DNA of 64,000 nt, taken from assembly GCA_902577945.1 (NCBI GenBank), contig CACHBB010000001.1, positions 109,344 to 173,343 of the forward strand, given 5' to 3'. Positions 11,676-22,019 of the stretch are shown in pieces. The stretch is from an uncultured Alphaproteobacteria bacterium (lineage in GTDB: Bacteria > Pseudomonadota > Alphaproteobacteria > HIMB59 > GCA-002718135). Below the pieces are notes generated by a model. That model had not been told where the DNA came from, ran no database searches, and worked only from the letters and a program-made list of their open reading frames with translations. The position numbers and the translations under genes are program-made. The stretch's first letter is position 1. Each line of letters begins with the position of its first letter.

Positions 11676-13208
11676 TTAATTTTGTTGATCGAACCAGTTT
11701 TCTCTAGCTTTCATTATCATATTATTTATAAAATCTTCATCAAGATCTAGGTTCTTAAGTATACCTTCCTCTTTGTCTATAAGTTCGAATGTAGCTAAAT
11801 CAGCAAAATCATCAATAGTAAGAATTTTTGCTTTAGCAAGCTCTGCTAATATGTTGTTGTTCATTCCATCTAAATTTTTTAATTTATCGTCCTTGATGTT
11901 ATCATCAATTATTTTTAAATTTTCTTCTTCCTGTTCTTTTACAAAATTTTTTGCTCTTTCTATTATCTCTTCAGCTAAATTAGAGTCAAAGCCTTCAATT
12001 TTTTCGATGTTTTCTTGTGTTTCTGATGCTATTGAATCCACAGAGGTGTAACCATCAGTGACTAATAGTTGAGCAATAACATCTTCAACATCAAGTAAAT
12101 CAGATAAAAGTATACTTTTTTCTTTAAACTCTTGCTGTCTTCTTTCAGATTCCTCTTCTTCAGTTAATATATCTATTTCTAAATTAGTTAAACTAGATGC
12201 TAATTTAACATTCTGACCTTTCCTACCTATAGCAAGACTTAACTGATCATCAGGTATAACAACCTCAACTTTATTTTTTTCTTCAAACAAGAAAATTTTG
12301 CTTACTTCAGCTGGAGCCAAAGCATTAGCAAGAAAAGTAGCTTGGCTATCTGACCAAGTTACTATATCAATTTTTTCACCCTGAAGTTCATTGACTACAG
12401 CTTGAACTCTTGAACCACGCATACCTACACATGCACCAACTGGATCAATGGTTGAGTCTTCTGTATATACACTTATCTTTGCTCTAGAACCTGGATCTCT
12501 TGCTACACTTTTAACATTTATTATACCATCATATATTTCAGGTACTTCTTGAAAAAAAAGTTTGGACAAAAATTGAGGATGAGTTCTCGAAAGAAAAACT
12601 TGATAACCTTTAATATCATTTTTGACCTCATATATATATGCTCTTACTCTGTCTCCATTTTTAAAAGTTTCTCTTGGGATTAATTCTTCTCTCTTTATTA
12701 TTGCTTCACTTTTACCAAGATCTACAATCAAATTACCAAATTCAATTCGTTTCACAATTCCAATTGCAATTTCTCCTACCTTATCTTTGTATTCATCATA
12801 TTGTTTAGATTTATCTGCTTCTCGAACTTTTTGAATTATCACACCTTTTGCATTTTGAGCTGCTACTCTACCCAAATCAATTGGGGGAAGTTCTTTAGTA
12901 ATAAATTCGCCTAAATTTATATTTTTATTAATTTTTTTTGCTTCTTCTAATAATATTTGTCTTGATTGAAACTCTTCACTAACTTCATCAACGACTTCAA
13001 AATAAGAATTTAGTTTTATATCTCCAGTATCTCTATCTATTGAAACCCTAATATCAATTTCTTGTCCATACTTAACCCTAGCAGCTTTTTCTAATGCCTG
13101 CTCCATTGCTGAAAATACCGAATTTTGATCAATATTTTTTTCTTGGGCCACATTTGATGCTACTTGTAGCATTTCTTCTCTAATTACACTTATTTTCTTC
13201 TTTGCCAT
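11676..13208 (-). CDS. nusA: Transcription termination factor NusA
   Basis: ARDPGSRAKI, GACVGMRGSRV, AIGRKGQNV; acidic C-terminal extension. Confidence 0.97.
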   Translation of the reverse strand: MAKKKISVIREEMLQVASNVAQEKNIDQNSVFSAMEQALEKAARVKYGQEIDIRVSIDRDTGDIKLNSYFEVVDEVSEEFQSRQILLEEAKKINKNINLGEFITKELPPIDLGRVAAQNAKGVIIQKVREADKSKQYDEYKDKVGEIAIGIVKRIEFGNLIVDLGKSEAIIKREELIPRETFKNGDRVRAYIYEVKNDIKGYQVFLSRTHPQFLSKLFFQEVPEIYDGIINVKSVARDPGSRAKISVYTEDSTIDPVGACVGMRGSRVQAVVNELQGEKIDIVTWSDSQATFLANALAPAEVSKIFLFEEKNKVEVVIPDDQLSLAIGRKGQNVKLASSLTNLEIDILTEEEESERRQQEFKEKSILLSDLLDVEDVIAQLLVTDGYTSVDSIASETQENIEKIEGFDSNLAEEIIERAKNFVKEQEEENLKIIDDNIKDDKLKNLDGMNNNILAELAKAKILTIDDFADLATFELIDKEEGILKNLDLDEDFINNMIMKARENWFDQQN

Positions 13209-13215
13209 ATCTTAT

Positions 13216-13240
13216 AAAAAAAAGGTGGGAAACCCACCTT
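13216..13240 (-). terminator. Intrinsic terminator/attenuator just upstream of nusA (rimP-leader-like)
   Basis: Minus strand AAGGTGGG-TTT-CCCACC followed by T8, ending 7 nt before the nusA ATG. Confidence 0.75.
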
Positions 13241-13282
13241 AATAATATGGAACCTATATTAAAATTAGATCAAATTACAAGC

Positions 13283-13942
13283 TTATAATTTTTGAAGAAC
13301 AAATAATGTGGGCTTTCTTTTAGAAATTATTGCCTTTTTATAAAATTTTGTCTCTAAATCAAAATAATCTTTAACTGAAAGATTTAGTTTTGAATAATTT
13401 AGCCATTTGAACAAATGTTTTGTTTCATATATACTATTTAAAATACTCCTCTTATATAGATCTGAATCTGTAACTATGTATATTTTTCCATTATGAGAAA
13501 CATATTCATAAATTTTTGTAAAGAATGAAAAATTTATTAGTCTTCTCTTATTGTGTTTATTTTTTGGCCAAGGATCAGGGAAAAAAATAAACACTTTATC
13601 AAAAAAATAATATTTTTCATTTTTGTCAAGAATCTCATGAACATTTCCATTATGAATTAAAATATTATTTATACTATTTTGTTTAATTTTTTTAATTAAA
13701 TTAAAATTTCCATTAATATATTTTTCACAGGCAATTATTTTATAGTTTGAATATTTATGCGCAAGATACAATGTAGTTTCACCATATCCAGATCCAATAT
13801 CTAATATATATTTTTCTTTTTTTGACAATTTATAAACTTTAAAAGGTAAAAGTAATTCACGATAATATTTTATAGAAAATTTGTTATTTGTTCTTCCTAA
13901 TGTTCTACCAAAAATTCTATAAATAGTTTCTCTTTTTTTCAT
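13283..13942 (-). CDS. trmB: tRNA (guanine-N7)-methyltransferase
   Basis: LDIGSGYGE, FFPDPWPKNKHNKRR. Confidence 0.92.
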   Translation of the reverse strand: MKKRETIYRIFGRTLGRTNNKFSIKYYRELLLPFKVYKLSKKEKYILDIGSGYGETTLYLAHKYSNYKIIACEKYINGNFNLIKKIKQNSINNILIHNGNVHEILDKNEKYYFFDKVFIFFPDPWPKNKHNKRRLINFSFFTKIYEYVSHNGKIYIVTDSDLYKRSILNSIYETKHLFKWLNYSKLNLSVKDYFDLETKFYKKAIISKRKPTLFVLQKL

Positions 13943-15389
13943 AAAGTTTTTTTAAGGCAATAAATATTATAATTAAAACAATAAAAGAAAAATACCAATT
14001 TAAATATTTGTGAGAATAATAAAAACTTTTTGTATTTCTTACATCTAAACTTGTATTAATTGATTTTTTTTCATTTAATCTTATCTTGCTAATAAGATTA
14101 CCATCTTTATCAATAATACTTGAGATGCCATTATTCGAAACTCTAATAATTGGTTTATTAAACTCAATAGCTCTTAGTTTAGTTAAATATAAATGTTGAT
14201 AAGGACCAAGAAGATCTCCAAACCATATATCATTAGTTATGTTTATAATAAAATTACTATCAAGATTTTTTTGATTAATTAATTTCCAATAAAAAATTAT
14301 TTCATAGCAAACTACAGGAATAAAATTTAAATTTTTTGAAATTTCAACTAATCTTTTTGAGTTACCACTTTTAAAATCATTTTCACCAGAAATAGGTGTA
14401 AAGAACTGTAAATATTTTCTAAAAGGTAAAAATTCACCAAAAGGAACTAAAATTTTTTTATCAAAATATTTTGTATTATACTTTGATATATAAAAAAGAG
14501 TATTATAATAACTATTGTTATCATACCTTGTCCCCCCAATAATAACAGATTGATTATTTTTTAATTTTTTTTTAATATGTTGAAAATTTATGTCCTTAAT
14601 TAAAAAAGGATAATTATTTTCTGCAAATAATAAAATATCTGCATTACTTTTAGAGATTAAATTCAATATCTCTAGAAGTAATAAGTCATTTGATTCACTA
14701 CTTAGTGCGATATTTTTATTTATTTGAAAAATTTCCAAATTCAATTTTTTTTCACCAGAAGTTACATTGTTTGATATTACGTTATTTATAAATAAAACAG
14801 TTATTAAAGGGATGACAACAATTGAAAAAAATAAATAAAGATACTTCTTATCAAAAATATTAGAAAAAAATAAAAATGGTAAGCAAAATATTTGAATAAT
14901 TAAATAGCTATTAATTAAAGTACCAAAATTTTTTAGAGAAAAACTTAAAAAACTTACATTGGATGAGATTAAGGAAAATGTAATCCAGGGAAAGCCATAA
15001 GCCAATACAGAAATTATTATTTCAAAAGACACAAATATCAGAGGGACAAGAAATATTGTTGGCAAAAAAGTATTTAAAATTATCAATATATTAAAAATAA
15101 AACTAAATATTATAGAAATTATTAAAATAAATAAGAAAGATATAAAAAAAATATTTGATGTTTCTTGTATTACAAAAAAAGGATTCTGGATCCAAAATAG
15201 TAGGCTTCCAAAAAATCCAATTCCATAAATGAAAATTTCTAACCATAAATTAATAAATTTATTTTTATAATTTTTTTCAATTATAAAACATAGAATAGGA
15301 AATACTATGAAACCAAGTGGAAAAAAGAAAAAAGGTGGAAATAATAAAGCAGTAGCAATGCCTAAAATAAAAAAAGATAAGGTTTTCAA
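13917..15389 (-). CDS. lnt: Apolipoprotein N-acyltransferase
   Basis: Multi-pass membrane; GFPW, KILVPFGEFLP, VCYE, ITNDIWFG, RVSNNGIS. Confidence 0.93.
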   Translation of the reverse strand: MKTLSFFILGIATALLFPPFFFFPLGFIVFPILCFIIEKNYKNKFINLWLEIFIYGIGFFGSLLFWIQNPFFVIQETSNIFFISFLFILIISIIFSFIFNILIILNTFLPTIFLVPLIFVSFEIIISVLAYGFPWITFSLISSNVSFLSFSLKNFGTLINSYLIIQIFCLPFLFFSNIFDKKYLYLFFSIVVIPLITVLFINNVISNNVTSGEKKLNLEIFQINKNIALSSESNDLLLLEILNLISKSNADILLFAENNYPFLIKDINFQHIKKKLKNNQSVIIGGTRYDNNSYYNTLFYISKYNTKYFDKKILVPFGEFLPFRKYLQFFTPISGENDFKSGNSKRLVEISKNLNFIPVVCYEIIFYWKLINQKNLDSNFIINITNDIWFGDLLGPYQHLYLTKLRAIEFNKPIIRVSNNGISSIIDKDGNLISKIRLNEKKSINTSLDVRNTKSFYYSHKYLNWYFSFIVLIIIFIALKKLYEKKRNYL

Positions 15390-16234
15390 TTATTTTTTTT
15401 TATTTCGAGAGTTTCAATTTTTCTATTATTAGACTTGATAATCTTGATACTCAAATCATTTTCTATATTAATTATTTCATTATTGTTAGGTATTCTATTA
15501 ATTTTGGAATATACTAAACCACCGACGGTATTTATTTCATCATCATTATTATGTGGAATTTTGATTTTAAAAAAATCCTCTAGATCTTCAACTCTATATG
15601 CCGCATCAACTGTTAAGGAATTAGTACTTTTATTAATGACTAAATCCTCTATATCATCAGCATCATGCTCATCCTCAATATCACCAACAATTTCTTCAAC
15701 TAAATCTTCAATAGTCACAAGACCATCAACACCACCAACACCATCAACAACTAAACCTAAATGAATTTTAGAAGATCTCATTGTCTTCAAAAAATCTAAA
15801 ATTGGTGATTTGGGTGCAACATACAAAACTTCACGTAATATTGAGTCTATATTAAAATTTAGATTATCTGCCTTTATAAAGTCCTTTATATGAAAAAAAC
15901 CTACAACGTTATCTAAGTTTTTTTTAAATACTGGCATTCTAGAATGACTTTCTTTCTTTATTACTTCTAAAATCTCTGAATGTGATTGTTCATAATCTAC
16001 AGCTATAATCTCACTTCTTGGAACCATAAGATCTTCAACACTTTTTTCATTTAAATTAAGTATATTTTTTATTAAACTTTTTTCATTATTATCATTAAAT
16101 TTTTCTAGATCATTTTCGTTGTCTTCATTTGCAATAAAATTTAGTATATCTTCTTTTGTAGAATTATTTGTTAATAATTTTTTTATAATCCAGTTTTTCC
16201 AACTATTAGTCTTTTCAAAATTATTTTTGGTCAT
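15386..16234 (-). CDS. corC: CBS-pair/CorC-HlyC magnesium-cobalt transport protein
   Basis: MVPR, HSRMPVF, GLVTIEDLVEEIVGDIEDEHD; between ybeY and lnt. Confidence 0.9.
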   Translation of the reverse strand: MTKNNFEKTNSWKNWIIKKLLTNNSTKEDILNFIANEDNENDLEKFNDNNEKSLIKNILNLNEKSVEDLMVPRSEIIAVDYEQSHSEILEVIKKESHSRMPVFKKNLDNVVGFFHIKDFIKADNLNFNIDSILREVLYVAPKSPILDFLKTMRSSKIHLGLVVDGVGGVDGLVTIEDLVEEIVGDIEDEHDADDIEDLVINKSTNSLTVDAAYRVEDLEDFFKIKIPHNNDDEINTVGGLVYSKINRIPNNNEIINIENDLSIKIIKSNNRKIETLEIKKNN

Positions 16235-16716
16235 TAGTTGATATACGGATTCTTAATATTAAAACTTTTTAAAATATGTATTTCTTCTTTTTTCATTTTA
16301 TTAAACTGAGTCAATTTTTTATGATCATATCCATTAATATGCAATAGGCTATGAACTAAAAGATGATTATAATGGTCATAAAAATTAATCTTGTTTTTAT
16401 CTATAAATTTTTCTATCGTATCAATAGAGAAAAAAATATCACAATATAAAGTTTTTCCAAGATTTTTATTTGAAATTTTATTAACAAAAGTTAATACATC
16501 TGTATCTAGGTGTTTATTTTTATATTTCTTATTAAGTTTTTTCATTTTTGACTTATTTGATAAGATTAGATTAATATTAAATAAATATTTATTGTTGAAG
16601 TAAATCTGCATTTTTTTTATTGTTTTATGGGTTATTTTTTTAATTTTTGGTATTCTTCTTGGCCATTTTTTTGATTCAGAGAAAATTTCAACTGTTATTG
16701 TTTTTTTCATAAGCAT
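16234..16716 (-). CDS. ybeY: Endoribonuclease YbeY
   Basis: TDVLTF, HSLLHINGYDH zinc motif; phoH-ybeY-corC-lnt order. Confidence 0.9.
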   Translation of the reverse strand: MLMKKTITVEIFSESKKWPRRIPKIKKITHKTIKKMQIYFNNKYLFNINLILSNKSKMKKLNKKYKNKHLDTDVLTFVNKISNKNLGKTLYCDIFFSIDTIEKFIDKNKINFYDHYNHLLVHSLLHINGYDHKKLTQFNKMKKEEIHILKSFNIKNPYIN

Positions 16717-17650
16717 TAATTATTTTTTTAACTAGATCGTGTCTTACAACATCTTTTTCATCTAGTTCAATAAAACCAATATCGCTAATTTTTTTTAATT
16801 TTTTTAGTGCATCTTTTAGTCCTGAATCTTTTTCACTTACTAAGTCAATTTGAGTAATATCTCCAACAATAATCATTTGACTGTTTTTACCTAATCTTGT
16901 TAAAAACATTTTCATTTGAGTTTTTGTAGTATTCTGTGCCTCATCTAAGATAATAAAACAGTCTTCTAATGTCCTCCCTCGCATAAAAGCAATTGGAGCT
17001 ATTTCTATAGTATTGTTTAGAATCTTTTTTTCTACCTGATCATATGGCATCATTGAATATAATGCATCGTAAATAGGTCTTAAAAAAGGATCTACCTTCT
17101 CCTTTAGATCACCAGGTAAATATCCTAATTTTTCTCCAGCTTCAACTGCAGGTCTTGATAATATAATCTTATTAACTTTTCCCTCCTGAAGTGCAGAAAC
17201 AGCCTTTGCAACTGCTATATAAGTTTTTCCAGTCCCTGCTGGTCCAATTGCAAAAATAATATTTTTTGATTTTAAAAGTTTAAAATAAGTATTTTGATTA
17301 TTTGTTCTAGGAACAATTTTTCTTTTTTTTGTTTCAATAAACAAATCCATTTGATTATCTTCTCTTATATTCATAGATAATATGCTTTTACTGTCTTTAA
17401 TTTTATCTTCATCAATTTCTGCGCCTTTTTTTGCTTCTTCAAATAAATCTAAAATTGTTTCTTTTGTCTCAAAAATTGATTTTTTATTTCCATAGATCTT
17501 AACTTTATTTCCTCTATATTGAATTTTAACATTATTAATTTTTTCTATTATATTAAGATTTGAATCATTTATTCCAAATAAATTTGTAAGAATAGAATTA
17601 TCATCTAACTCTAATTCAATGTTATCAATTTTTTTTGCTACACTTGACAT
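16688..17650 (-). CDS. phoH: PhoH-family ATPase (YbeZ type)
   Basis: GPAGTGKT, RPAVEAGEKLGYLPG, AFMRGRT, DEAQN. Confidence 0.95.
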   Translation of the reverse strand: MSSVAKKIDNIELELDDNSILTNLFGINDSNLNIIEKINNVKIQYRGNKVKIYGNKKSIFETKETILDLFEEAKKGAEIDEDKIKDSKSILSMNIREDNQMDLFIETKKRKIVPRTNNQNTYFKLLKSKNIIFAIGPAGTGKTYIAVAKAVSALQEGKVNKIILSRPAVEAGEKLGYLPGDLKEKVDPFLRPIYDALYSMMPYDQVEKKILNNTIEIAPIAFMRGRTLEDCFIILDEAQNTTKTQMKMFLTRLGKNSQMIIVGDITQIDLVSEKDSGLKDALKKLKKISDIGFIELDEKDVVRHDLVKKIINAYEKNNNS

Positions 17651-18939
17651 TCTAATGCAAAATTAGTTGAGTTCGTTATTTTTACTTTTAGTATTTTATT
17701 TAAAAGTTTTTCCTTTGAATTAATAAACGTACTCTGGTTGTATATAGTTCTACCAATAAATTGATTATCTTGTCTTCCTTTTTTTTCAAATAAAACCTCA
17801 ACCTTTTTATTTAAAAAAGATTTGTTGTACAAATATTGTTGGTGATTTAACAATGATTGTAAGGCACTTAATCTAGCCTTTTTAATTGGTTTTTCAATAT
17901 TATCCTTATGTTGAGCGGGTGTACCTGGTCTTGGACTGTAAATAAATGAATAAGCAATAACAAACTTGACCTTTTCAATAAACTTCATAGTATTTTCAAA
18001 GTCTTTATCTGTTTCATCTGGATAACCAACTATAAAATCTGAAGACATTGCAATATCAGGACGGACATTTCTAATCTTATCTACAATTTTTAAATAGTCT
18101 TCTACAGTATGCTTTCTATTCATTTTTTTTAATATTGTATTTGATCCAGATTGAATAGGTAAGTGTAAAAATGGCATAAGTTTAGAATTTTCTGCATGAG
18201 CATTTATTAAAGCATCTTTCATATCAATCGGGTGTGATGTCATGTACCTAATTCTTTTTACATCTTCTATTTCACTAATTTTGTTAATTAGATAAGATAA
18301 ATCTCGTGATTTTCCATCCAAACCAATTCCGTGGTATGCATTAACATTTTGTCCTAAGAGAATTATTTCTTTTACACCTTTAGATACATATTTCTTAGCT
18401 TCAATTAGAATATCTGTAACGGGGCGTGAAAACTCTGGGCCACGTGTATAGGGGACTACACAAAAAGAACAGAATTTATCACATCCCTCTTGTATTGATA
18501 AGAACTCAGAAGAAATTTTTGAAGAATTAAAAATCAAGTTTTTGAATTTTTCATTTTGCAAAAAATCACTATTTATTGGATTTTTATGATTATGTATCAT
18601 ATCTGGAAGTTTATGATACGACTGTGGACCTACCACGAAATCAACAGAGGGTGATCTCTTTTTTATTTCAATTCCTTCTGCCTGAGCTACACAACCTGCA
18701 ACAACAAGTTTCATATTTTCATTATTTTTTTTTATTTTGTTTATTCTCCCTATATCAGAGTAAACTTTTTCAACTGCTTTTTCTCTAATATGGCAAGTAT
18801 TCAAAACTGTTAAATTTGCCTTTGATATATCATCAGTTAATTTATAACCTTTATCGAAAAACAAATCTTTAATACGGTTACTATCATAAACATTCATCTG
18901 GCAGCCGTATGACTTAATATAAATAAATTTTTGAGTCAT
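17638..18939 (-). CDS. miaB: tRNA-i6A37 methylthiotransferase
   Basis: GCQMNVYDS, NTCHIREKA, GCVAQ, CDKFCSFC radical-SAM motif. Confidence 0.96.
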   Translation of the reverse strand: MTQKFIYIKSYGCQMNVYDSNRIKDLFFDKGYKLTDDISKANLTVLNTCHIREKAVEKVYSDIGRINKIKKNNENMKLVVAGCVAQAEGIEIKKRSPSVDFVVGPQSYHKLPDMIHNHKNPINSDFLQNEKFKNLIFNSSKISSEFLSIQEGCDKFCSFCVVPYTRGPEFSRPVTDILIEAKKYVSKGVKEIILLGQNVNAYHGIGLDGKSRDLSYLINKISEIEDVKRIRYMTSHPIDMKDALINAHAENSKLMPFLHLPIQSGSNTILKKMNRKHTVEDYLKIVDKIRNVRPDIAMSSDFIVGYPDETDKDFENTMKFIEKVKFVIAYSFIYSPRPGTPAQHKDNIEKPIKKARLSALQSLLNHQQYLYNKSFLNKKVEVLFEKKGRQDNQFIGRTIYNQSTFINSKEKLLNKILKVKITNSTNFALECQV

Positions 18940-19415
18940 TTAAATTTTTTTAAAAAGCATTTAGCATTAATTTTTTTATTTTTATACTTATAGTAGTTAT
19001 GTCTAAAATTAACAAAAACAAAATTATTTTTTTCATAAAATTTGATAGCTTCGATGTTATTCTCTTCTACTTCTAAGTATATCTCAGAAATATTAATTAT
19101 ATCCTTGTTTGTTTCTAGATATTGTAAAATGCTAGACCCGATATTTTTTCTTCTTTCATTTTTTACAACAAAAAAGACATATATGTCTAATATTGAGCTA
19201 TCATATGATTTTATTATATCTCCTAGTAAAAATCCCGATAATTTATTCTTATCGAAAAAACCAAGCGAAAAATTATTTTTTTTTAAAAATTGATTTTGAA
19301 TTGTTTCTATATTCCAACCAAGCTCTATAAAATTGTTAAAATCTTTTTTTTGCTCAAGTAAAAAATATTTTAATATATGACTATCTTTTTGATTTATTTG
19401 TGAGATTTTTTTCAA
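18936..19415 (-). CDS. rimI: GNAT N-acetyltransferase (RimI-like)
   Basis: RRKNIGS, LEVEENN..AIKFYEK..F, R.NYY; tsaB-rimI-miaB order. Confidence 0.75.
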   Translation of the reverse strand: MKKISQINQKDSHILKYFLLEQKKDFNNFIELGWNIETIQNQFLKKNNFSLGFFDKNKLSGFLLGDIIKSYDSSILDIYVFFVVKNERRKNIGSSILQYLETNKDIINISEIYLEVEENNIEAIKFYEKNNFVFVNFRHNYYKYKNKKINAKCFLKKFK

Positions 19416-20026
19416 TTTAATATTTTGTTGTTAGATACATATATTGGTTCTACAATAGTATTTTTAGTAAAACTTAAGTAATTTAAATTTTCTAAAACCT
19501 CATCTATAAATATAAATTTATATTGTTTAGATTTTTCATGAACTAATTTGAGCTTTTCTAAATTATAAAAGATTAATTTTATATTATCAGGTATAGTTTG
19601 TTCAATATTTTCTATTTTTAAATATTCTATTTCTCCATCACTATTTTTAAAACAAATAAATTTTTGGTTTTGAGCTGAAGAAATATAGATAGCTACACTA
19701 TTCAAATCATGGTTATTTGATTTAAAATTTAGTATGTCATTAGCGGAGATTGGACAAAACATTAATTTTCTGGATATTGCTAAACCTGATATGAAAGAAG
19801 CACCAACTCTTAAACTGGTATATGATCCAGGACCAACAGTAAGTGCAACCTTTTTTAGATTTTTTGTTAAATCTATTTCATTATCTAATTCAATATATGC
19901 TTGAATTATATTATCACTCAATTTTTCTGTCTCTTTTGATAATATTTTTCTTTTAATTATTAATTTATTATCTTCAATTACAAAAAATTCTGGTATTGTT
20001 GAAATAACATCTAAAAACAAAAACAT
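19412..20026 (-). CDS. tsaB: t6A biosynthesis protein TsaB (divergent)
   Basis: VGPGSYTSLRVG motif; position before rimI. Confidence 0.85.
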   Translation of the reverse strand: MFLFLDVISTIPEFFVIEDNKLIIKRKILSKETEKLSDNIIQAYIELDNEIDLTKNLKKVALTVGPGSYTSLRVGASFISGLAISRKLMFCPISANDILNFKSNNHDLNSVAIYISSAQNQKFICFKNSDGEIEYLKIENIEQTIPDNIKLIFYNLEKLKLVHEKSKQYKFIFIDEVLENLNYLSFTKNTIVEPIYVSNNKILN

Positions 20027-21058
20027 ATGAAGTTATATAAATATATTTTCTTACTATTTTTAAAAAGCATTTCTTTTATCTTTTTGTTTATTTCTTTATC
20101 TCAAGCTTCTAATGTGAAGAATTCTGCCACCGTATTCATGTATCACAAATTTGGTGTTTCTAAATATCCTTCAACAAGTGTTACAATAAATCAGTTAGAA
20201 GATCATATTAAGGAATTCACAACAAATAATTATAATATTGTATCATTAGATTTTATTGTTGATACTATTATTAATGATGGCGATCTAGCTGATAATACTA
20301 TTGGTATAAGTGTAGATGATGCCGATAAATCTTTCTTTGAAGTTGGTTGGCCTTTATTTAAAAAAAATAATATACCGGTTACTCTGTTTGTAACAACAGG
20401 TACAATAGCAAACAATAATAAAAGTTATTTAAATTGGAATCAAATAAGAAAACTTAAGGAAGAAGGTGTAACCATTGGTGCGCATTCACATACTCATGCA
20501 CACATGCCTGATATCAGTATAGAAGATGTAAAGAAAGAGATCGAGCTATCAAATAAAATTTTTTTAAAAGAACTTGGAGAAATCCCTACTCTATTTGCAT
20601 TTCCATATGGTGAAACTAATACCGATATAATAAATTTAATTAAAGAATATAAATTTAAAGTTGCCTTTGGACAACACTCAGGAATAATAAATGAAACTTC
20701 AAATATGTATTATTTACCCAGATTTTCATTAAATGAAAAGTATGGTGAAATAGAAAGAGTAAAATTTGCTGCATCAGCAAAAGGTCTTGGAGTTTATGAT
20801 TTTATACCTATAAATCCATCTATATCTGAAAACCCTCCTTATATAGGATTCTCTCTTTTAGATGAAAAATTATCTATATCTCTAAATTGTTTTATATTTG
20901 ATATGAATGGTCAAGTTGAAAGAGAAATTTATAAATTTAATGAAAGAATAGAAATACGTCTTTCAAGAGAGTTAGCAAAAGGAAGATCAAGAATAAATTG
21001 TACTGCTAAAGATTCAAACGGGTTTTGGCGATGGTTTGGCCATCAATTTTATAATTAA
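20027..21058 (+). CDS. Exported polysaccharide deacetylase (CE4/NodB)
   Basis: Hydrophobic N-terminus; MYH, SVDD, HSHTH, FAFPYG, LPRF. Confidence 0.88.
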   Translation: MKLYKYIFLLFLKSISFIFLFISLSQASNVKNSATVFMYHKFGVSKYPSTSVTINQLEDHIKEFTTNNYNIVSLDFIVDTIINDGDLADNTIGISVDDADKSFFEVGWPLFKKNNIPVTLFVTTGTIANNNKSYLNWNQIRKLKEEGVTIGAHSHTHAHMPDISIEDVKKEIELSNKIFLKELGEIPTLFAFPYGETNTDIINLIKEYKFKVAFGQHSGIINETSNMYYLPRFSLNEKYGEIERVKFAASAKGLGVYDFIPINPSISENPPYIGFSLLDEKLSISLNCFIFDMNGQVEREIYKFNERIEIRLSRELAKGRSRINCTAKDSNGFWRWFGHQFYN

Positions 21059-21059
21059 T

Positions 21060-22019
21060 TTAATAAGATATTACTTTTAAATCAAATTTATTAAAATTAT
21101 TTTTTTCAATAACCGCTGATAGGGTATTAATATAATTTATATCCTCTGCATAAGAATCTAAATTTTTAATTAATAAATTGATATTAGAAAAATTATTTTT
21201 ATTGCGCATAACATTTCTAACAGCTCTGAAATCTTTATACGCACTATGTGAATTTATATTTTTAAAATAAGAAGAAACACTGCCATCATAAGAACTAAAT
21301 GATTTAATTAAGTGTTTATCTCCAAATTCCCTTTCAAGAGGAACAACCCCTTGATTTTGATCATAGGTATATTCTCCAAAAAGTGCATTATATTCCATGG
21401 CAAATCGAGATTTTCCCCAGCCACTCTCAATAGCTGCTTGAGCTAAAACAATAGAGTTTGGGATAATATCAACATTTTCAAGTATTTCCTCAACTAAATC
21501 AAGTTTATGCTTATTTGAAAAATTAATGTTATATTTTAATGCAATTTTGTTAAGGCGCCGTACTTCTTCATTTTTAAGTGTTTTAAAAGTTTCTAATTTT
21601 GTCTTTAAATCAATAATGAAATTGCGAGTTATCAAAATATTTTGGTTTTCATTTATAATTATTGGTAAAACAGTTTGAACAAACTGTTTTTTGCTAGGCT
21701 CAAGATAATTAAAGTCTCTATCAGCTAAGTTTGTAAAATCATTTAGGTCGATTCTGTTTTCAATTTTTGAGATTATTTTTGGGTTAATTGGTTTGACTCT
21801 TACTTTAACAAATAACTTGTTTGTAAGCTTTTCAGAGATCGGTGGGTCTTTTAAAGTAATTTCTTTTTCAGAATACAATCTGTTTATTTGGTTTGAAGAA
21901 TTAATGTTACTATCTTGTTTATATTCAAATATGTTGATGTAATTAAGTGTTCCATTGCTTAAAGCAATTAATCCAATAATTAGAATAGGAAAGGAAAAAA
22001 AGTTTAATACTTTATTCAT
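21060..22019 (-). CDS. Glucosaminidase-domain protein (Bax-like, GH73)
   Basis: N-terminal TM; LAQAAIESGWGKSRFA, NALFG, YFKNINSHSAY, YAE; start taken at MNKVL overlapping the nfuA stop. Confidence 0.85.
   Translation of the reverse strand: MNKVLNFFSFPILIIGLIALSNGTLNYINIFEYKQDSNINSSNQINRLYSEKEITLKDPPISEKLTNKLFVKVRVKPINPKIISKIENRIDLNDFTNLADRDFNYLEPSKKQFVQTVLPIIINENQNILITRNFIIDLKTKLETFKTLKNEEVRRLNKIALKYNINFSNKHKLDLVEEILENVDIIPNSIVLAQAAIESGWGKSRFAMEYNALFGEYTYDQNQGVVPLEREFGDKHLIKSFSSYDGSVSSYFKNINSHSAYKDFRAVRNVMRNKNNFSNINLLIKNLDSYAEDINYINTLSAVIEKNNFNKFDLKVISY

Noticed and set aside
16688-17650. phoH as part of the Pho regulon
   Set aside because: Sits in the housekeeping miaB-phoH-ybeY-corC-lnt operon with no Pho-box-like site seen
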